Positions 57,003 through 64,000 of a stretch of 64,000 nucleotides of DNA are shown here, piece after piece. The stretch's first letter is position 1. Every line of letters starts with the position of its first letter. The notes under the pieces were generated by a model that was given only the letters and a program-made list of their open reading frames with translations, was not told the DNA's origin and did no database searches. The stretch lies in NCBI RefSeq assembly GCF_009914755.1, contig NC_060932.1, one strand, 5' to 3'. This stretch comes from the human T2T-CHM13v2.0 reference genome, Homo sapiens. Both the position numbers and the translations under genes were made by a program.

Positions 57003-57936
57003 GTCTTTTTTTAAACAATAAATAAAAAGCCAAAAGTTGGGGTATGAAGGTGAGAATCATGCAAAGTCAAACCTATGTTCTATGTTTAGAAATAGCTAAT
57101 CTGTGTTTTTTCTGAACGGATCTATATTCTATGTTCAGAAAAAGCAAATCTGTGTTTTTTGGATACTCTCCTCATTGCAGGATTTGAAATGTGCCCTTCT
57201 TGTGGATGAGGTATATGGGTAGATGAAAATGTTATTTATTTGCATCTATGTTCAGTGACCTTTGGACATCATTTTATTTATTAGTAATTAGTCTTTTAAA
57301 GAGATAATACTAATTATAAAATGGCCTGATTTTCATTCATGAAGTTGGCAAGTTTTCTTAGTACTAACTTGAGACATTGCTTTCAATTTTTTTTTAGATC
57401 CAGCTCAGAAGGCAGCACTCAGACATATGCCAGCCAGTAAGTAGGTTAGAAGAGGTTTTTAAGATACATGTTGAAAATTAAGAATTTATTGATAATTCAC
57501 AATTTATTTCTAAATATTTTTGAACAATGTCAATTGGTAAAGCAATGCACTAAAATCCAGACTGCTAATATACAGTTGAATTTAGTTTCTAATAAATTAG
57601 TCATTTCTTTATTTAATAAATGTTTACTGGAGGTCTCTTTTGAGGAAACAAGGAATAAAATAGCTGATTCTAAAATGAGATAGGACATGTATAATTAGTA
57701 AAGAAAAAGAATGTATAGGGCCTAGAAGTTACCCAGCTGGTGTTACAGAGAGAGCCATGTGCTTCATAACAATGTTTTGGTAAATGAGAAACCACATGTA
57801 TGATGGTGGTTCCATAAGATTATAATGAAGGTGAAAATTCCTACAGCCTAGTGATGTTGTAGCCATCACAACATCAGAGAGCAATGCATTACTCACTTGT
57901 TTGTGGTGATGCTGGTGTAAACAAACCTACTGTGCT
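57003..57936 (+). repeat. Local duplication copy 2 (contains repeat exon 2)
   Basis: Aligns to 53598-54487 and ends at the same Tigger3 position (aaacctactg). Confidence 0.95.
57398..57436 (+). CDS. ADAM32: ADAM32 cytoplasmic repeat exon 2 (SSSEGSTQTYASQ)
   Basis: tactaac branch point, poly-T tract, ag acceptor; gtaagt donor; 39 nt, phase 2-2; 33/39 identical to 53955-53993. Confidence 0.92.
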
Positions 57937-58913
57937 TTGCAGAAGACTCCTTGTGGAGGTCATGTTTTACCCTCCTGTGTGATAAATTTTTACATTAACT
58001 GTTACACTGGAGTTCATGGGAAGCATGGAGTGGTGTCCTTATCCTATACGTGTAAAGAATTAAGGCTCCTGTTTCTCTGTGTGATGATTTTTCCATCCAA
58101 ATTCCTAAGCCAATTTAAGTGCTCCGGGTTCCCGTGCCTCCTGGTGTTCATTTTTCATCTCTACTTCTGAAGCAGTTTCCCTGATGCATCTCTGTGTCTA
58201 GTGGCCACAGCTTTTACTATCCCCATTTCATGGGTGGTACAGCCTTTCAGGGCTTCCAGGTTTAGAGAAGGAGGTCAGCTTCATCTTTCTAGGAAGTCTC
58301 AACTCTTGATAAGCTGATGTGGCTTATGAAACTGACTTGTGTACCCCCAAAGTCATTCAGATTTAGTTTGTATTTACCTTTCGCATTTTCAATTCTCTCT
58401 CTCTCTGTTACTATCACTAGAAATGGCCTTTTCTTTCATAAAGTTTTAGTAAATAGTATGTGTTGTTTTGCACTATTTCTCTGTGTGTGGTATAGGAGGG
58501 GAAATTACCACACCTCCCCATCAGTTCAGTCTTCTTGACATTAGTGTGGATTTTGAATCACAACCTACAGCAATGTATTTATCAACGGATAGACTCTGAA
58601 GGCCAGAATCAGGCATTTAAAATAAAGCATGTATTCTGTGCTAGAAAGTGAAAGGAGAAAAACAAATCAGTTTTCTTGTTCCTCTGCTTAGTTGAATATT
58701 TGAAATTTAAACTTTTTATGGACATTGTATATGAATAAATAAAAACTTGTTTGCATATGCTAATTTAGTAGTGTTTTGAAATTATTCTTCAGTGGTGATT
58801 CTTGGTAGAGAAGAATTAACACAGGTTGTAAAATGATCCGACATTCATTCATTATGGAGGCACATTTGTGTTAAGTATTAACGTGGAAGCATTACTTTTT
58901 CGCTTTCTTTTAG

Positions 58914-58952
58914 AACCAGATCAGAAAGCAGCAGTCAAGCTGATACTAGCAA
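58914..58952 (+). CDS. ADAM32: ADAM32 cytoplasmic repeat exon 3 (TRSESSSQADTSK)
   Basis: ctttcttttag acceptor, gtaagt donor; 39 nt, phase 2-2; diverged paralog of the two previous exons. Confidence 0.9.
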
Positions 58953-59959
58953 GTAAGTGAATTAGGGGGCATTTTTTTTATATAATAAGTATATGTTAAA
59001 AATTGAGATGAACAAATTGATAATTAACAATTACTTGCTAACTATTAACTGAGTAGCCACAATTAGTAAAGTACTGTACCTTAAAACAACCTATTTGCTG
59101 ATCTAGTAACTTGCGAGTATTTGTCTAAATAAGACAATATCTTCTTTCCTGCAGTTTAGTTAATATGTGTTGGGAGTTTATTTTTGGGAAACAAAGGAAA
59201 ACATTTTTGGTGAAATGTTTAAGGAGCTAATTCATAAAAAGGATCTTTTTGTATTCTTTTTCTTGGAGTACACCAAGGGGAAGTTTACTTTTTTATTTGG
59301 AGATGGCACAACTAGAAACTAATATGTATGCTGATGAATAACTGAGTGAATGCTCGCATAGATCACCTGGGAAGAATTTGTTGAAAAAAAAAAAGCATCA
59401 CAAAGGAACAAAAATTCCACATCTTTCATTGTTCTCAGTATTACTAGGTCCCTGTCCATTTCCTGAAAGGTGGATGTCTTTTTATAATAACTCAGTAAGT
59501 ATCTAGTTCCTCACACTCAGCAATTGTGGGTTTTAGGTCCTTCTGCAGATATAAAATGCTTTGAAGTTTTTACTGCTCCCTCTCTGAGTTACAGTTTTTA
59601 TATACATTTATAGGGGGCTAGTGTTATTCTTTCTAGGTTGCTCCAAGCCCACTGCTGTTCCCAAACACATCCAAATCCACAGGACAAACTCTCTAAGCTG
59701 CACAACAAGGTTGTATGATTTCTTTTGTTCCAGAAGAAATTTACCTCTTCAATAAGAATGCCTGCGTTGCTCATTTTTAATCTGCCTCATTATTTTTTTC
59801 CTTACAGTGGCACGTTGGAGTCATGAGTTTATCTTTAAAATTTTGATTTTTATTATCATGTCTGTTCTTATTATTGTGAGCAAGGGAGTTACCATATAGG
59901 GATCAGGCCCAGCGAGCCTCAGTGACCTTTTTCTCTTATTATATTCTGTCATCTCAGAT

Positions 59960-60070
59960 AATAAAGGCTATGTCTATCTTGCTCAGCATTGTATAGCTAG
60001 CATGTAGCAGAGTGCTCGGCTCATATTATAAGTGATCAATAAATATTTGTTGAAGGAATGAATGAATGAC
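59960..60070 (+). mobile_element. L2 3' end
   Basis: caataaatatttgttgaaggaatgaatgaatga terminus. Confidence 0.7.
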
Positions 60071-60574
60071 TACCTTTGATCTTCACACAGAGGCAACCAA
60101 ACCAACAAAAACAGAAACACAAAGGTACATAGACAAATCTATATATATGTGTTCACATGCATGCATGCACACACATTCATATATCCATGATGATGTTGTC
60201 GCTTCCTCCATTTCTTCTTCGCTCAATATATCATCTCTCACCCTGAAACCCTGTTAACATAATTCATCTCTCCCAGGGTTATTTACCTCCATTCAGTGAG
60301 GGGTGATAGCATCACCCATAGGAAAATGTACATTTCAATAGACATCGTTTAATTTGCAATGTTAAACCACTGGTCTAGCCTTCTGGCTTACCGTGCACCA
60401 GGGAATCATTTTAGAATAACTATTCATTTGAATTTTAGTAACATCATTTGACATGGTGGCTGTGCTTTAGTGATATAACATCCACCATAGTTTTCATGTC
60501 ATTTATCTTTGGAGTAACCTTTAACTGGTGGGAAGTTGAAGCCAAAGAAAGCAGAGAGATGGAATGAATTCCAG

Positions 60575-61534
60575 TGAAGCAGGATATTTCCCTGACCCCT
60601 TCAGGGGACTCATGACAGGGGTGCCTCATTTACTCAGCCTCCTGACTCCTTATCGGAGGGAACGCGTGGGTGAACGAGGTGGGAACTGCTGGAGTGCAGG
60701 AGCGCTGGAACCAGCCGGCCATTTCAGCCCTGGCTGGGAGGGATCAAACTCCACTCACTGGGACCCACTGCGCTCCACCACTCGGGAGGGAGCATGCAGG
60801 TGAGCAGGTGCAGGAGCCACAGCCAGCACTTTTGGGCGCCGGCAGGGGCGAACTCTGTGCAGGCCCTGCAGCGGTATCCAGGCAGGGTGCCTGTGACTCC
60901 GAAAACCCCAGAGGGCGTGTTACAGTGCTCTTTTAGCTTGGACAGCTTAAGTATTAACAGCTCAGTAGGCCCTCTGCCTTTTCAAGTGAGGCGGCTGATC
61001 TCCACCAGTGAGGGCGAAGGGACAGTGTGACAGCCTTTTGAATCCACACTTGTGGCTCCCAAACTCTTGTCTGGCATCCAGGAAAAATGAGGTTGCATGA
61101 ATGAATTGAAAGATGATAAATGTGAGGAATTTTATTGAATAATGAAAGTGGCTTTCAGCGGGAAGGGGAGCTGAAAAGGGGATGGGCAGGAAATCTTCCC
61201 CTCAAGTCCAGCCACCTCGGGCTGGACTCTTCTCTGAAGTTATGCCATCAAGCTGTCCCTCTGAAGTCTAGCCCCTTCTCTCCGACATCCAGCCATAGTC
61301 CCTGACGTCCAGCTGCCTCTCGTCTCTGCCAACTGAGTCTGGGGTCTTTATAGGCACAGAATGGGGAGGGGCAGGGCCATGGGTGGTTTAGGAAAAGGCA
61401 ACATTTGAGCAGGAAAACAGTGATAGAAATTCTCTCTTTGGATGGTGGTTTCCGGCTTTTCGGCTTGAGGGTGGTGCTTTTGCCAGAGACCCACCCTTTT
61501 CTGCCTAGAATTTCTCTGCCACCTGTTCCCATCA
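60575..61534 (-). mobile_element. ERV1 solo LTR of the LTR1/LTR27/LTR28-like group (960 bp)
   Basis: TG...CA termini, 4-bp TSD ccag (60571-60574 / 61535-61538), minus-strand cctataaa at 61347-61354, GC-rich. Confidence 0.75.
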
Positions 61535-62380
61535 CCAGTATGGGTCACATTAGTACTACTTTAGTGTAATTATTTTAAATGTCTAAATTCTTTCAGTATT
61601 TCCAGTCTTTTCCTAAGCAACAGAAGAATCTTTGACAATTTATCAGCAAACTCTTAACATTACTCTCCCATATTATTGTCATTTGGCTTTTAGCTTCTTC
61701 CAGGTTTTTACCTACAGAACCCTACCCTCCATTATTATTATTATTATTACTATTATTATAATCATTTTTATATTAAATTAATACCTGCTAAGAGTTTAAA
61801 ACGTATCTATCAGTTGCTTTGCTCTCACTATTTATTGTTGAATCCATTGATTTTTCATTATGGGTTTAGTTTCCTTTTTACAACCCTTTTAGTTTCAGTT
61901 TAGTGATTCTGTATTATCAACATTTGTGTTAAATGCCTGAACATGCTTTTTTTATCCACACTGAATTTTGAATGATAGCTTAAATGGTTACTCCTAGCTG
62001 AGAAGGACTTTTCTGAAAGCGTTTTGTAATATTCTGTTGTTGTAATGTGCCATGTACTGTCATTGATGAGACCTTAGTTGTCAGTATCATTATTTATTCC
62101 CCCCTCAATTAATGTGCTTTTTCTAGGTGGCTTCTAAGTTTTCCTTTTTGTCTCAAATGTTTTGTTATTTTATGATTATATGTTCTGATAGAATTTGTTT
62201 TTATTTATCCAGCTCTAGATTCAATATAGTCTTTAGATATCAGGACTCAGGTCATTAAATCTAAAAAATTAATTCAGTCATTATGTCTTCAATTATTGAC
62301 TCTTTCTCATTCTTTCTCTTTTTTCCACTGGAAATGATTATATTTAGGAGGGTCTTCTCATTTTAGCCTTCATGTTTCTT

Positions 62381-62680
62381 TCGTCTTTTATTTATTTTTT
62401 TTAAGCGGAGTCTCTGTTGCCCAGGCTGGAATGCAGTGGCGCGAGCTCAGCTCACTGCAACTTCCATCTCCTGGGTTCAAGCAATTCTCTGCCTCAGCCT
62501 ACCAAGTAGCTGGGCTTACAGGCACCTGCCACCACGCCTGGCTAATTTTTGTAGTTTTAGTAGAGACGGGGTTTCACCATCTTGGCCAGGCTCTTCTTGA
62601 ACTCCTGACCTTGTGATCCACTCGCCTCGGCCTCCCAAAGTACTGTGATTGCAGGCGTGAGCCACCATGCCCGGACTAGC
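62381..62680 (-). mobile_element. AluS SINE
   Basis: Full antisense dimer; TSD t(t/c)catgtttctt at ~62369-62380 / ~62682-62693. Confidence 0.9.
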
Positions 62681-63859
62681 ATCCATGTTTCTTAACTGGG
62701 TTCTTCATGTATTACATCTTTCTACCTCTCTATCTGACATTGTTTCACTTCCTTATATCAGTTTCCAAATCCTCCGTTTTCTTAATAGCTATTTTTTTTT
62801 GCCTCAGTCCTGCCTTGATTTGTGTGGAGATCCTAAATATTTCAATTTTGAAGATTTTTATATTATCTGTTGATCTTGATGTGTGAATTTTTGTTTTGCA
62901 ATTTAGGTTGATAAGCCCACCCTCAAGGGCAGTGATTGTTCTCATGGGACTTCTGCATGCCCTGAGTTGTAGAGGCATGCATTGGGAGGATGAGAGTATT
63001 TCAGGTTTGCCTCTCCTGGGGCATGAATGTTGTAATGTTTTCCATGCTTGCTCTTTCAGATTTGCGAGTAGTGGAACTGAGCAGCTGAGGTCTGCACTGC
63101 GTGGTGCAGGCCTGTGATTTCTGCATCTCTAGATGATCCTTTTCTTTTCACTTGCCTGAGAAAATTTGCTAGTTGTGTTCTGAAGTGCAGTGGTCATAGC
63201 TTTTAATATTTCCATTAAAGACTACCAGGCTTGGGAAACTGCTCCATTGCAGCTTTCTAACACGTAAAGATCCATGCCCTCAACTCCTTCCAAGCTAGGG
63301 TTATGAAAACCACATCTTTTAGGGTATAAGTAATTCAGCTTTAGCTCTTGTTTTCCCTCTGAGCTTCTAATTTATTTTTTTTTAAATGGTAGAAGGAAAA
63401 CCCTTTGTGACTGTCAATCTTAGTTATGCATACGTTTTTTGTTTTCTTCAGCTTTTCTCTATGTATCTAATAGAAAGGATAAGTTTTACTATTTGTCCAG
63501 TCTGCCAAACTGGTCAGAAGTAAATGTAAGTTTTAATTTACAAACTGCTGCAATTTATATATTAACAAATACAAAACTAACTTGGAGGCTGAAGAACAGG
63601 TTTAGACATTTACAGTTAAATTTACATTAACTTCGAAGTAATTTGAAAAACCTCTGCTATCTTGATACTCTTGATTCTCTACTAGAGAATTTACATTTTG
63701 TACTATATGTTGCATTTGGTGTTTGAGTAAAAAAGAATGCTATTTATTTGCATGCCCCACATATTTAAATAATTAGTTTTGGTGCTATAAAATGGCCTGT
63801 TTTTCATTCTCAAAGTAGGCAAGCTCTTAGTGTTAACTTTCAGATATTGTTTTTAATTT

Positions 63860-64000
63860 ATTTTTATTTTTATTTATGTTTATTTTTATTTTTTTGAGAT
63901 GGAGTCTTGCTCTGTCTCCCAGGCTGGAGTGCAGTGGCGTGATCTTGGCTCACTGCAAGCTCTGCCTCCTGGGTTCACTCCATTCTCCTGCCTCAGTCTC
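63860..64000 (-). mobile_element. AluY-like SINE, cut by the window end
   Basis: (TTTTTA)n tail followed by gagatggagtcttgctctg..gcaagctctgcctcctgggttcactccattctcc. Confidence 0.88.

Overview
This is primate (human-like) genomic DNA, not prokaryotic: AT-rich and dominated by LINE-1, Alu, LTR and DNA-transposon remnants. Ten spliced + strand exons join into one continuous reading frame that I recognise as the 3' half of ADAM32: disintegrin, Cys-rich and EGF-like domains, transmembrane helix, and three 39-nt Ser/Thr-rich tail exons. The gene runs off both ends of the window. Almost every ORF in the supplied track is a repeat fragment. The most notable observations are: (1) a 5S rRNA fragment captured in inverted orientation inside the target-site duplication (TSD) of an L1; (2) an apparent ancient ~450-bp L1 3' transduction; (3) a duplication-inversion rearrangement, breaking inside a Tigger3 element, that surrounds two near-identical tail exons; (4) a GC-AG intron; (5) a MER41B LTR with both GAS/STAT1 motifs intact; (6) a 74-nt near-perfect hairpin; (7) a templated 74-bp insertion. 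Exon and TSD coordinates were read base by base. Repeat subfamily names come from recalled consensus sequences, and most repeat boundaries are approximate.
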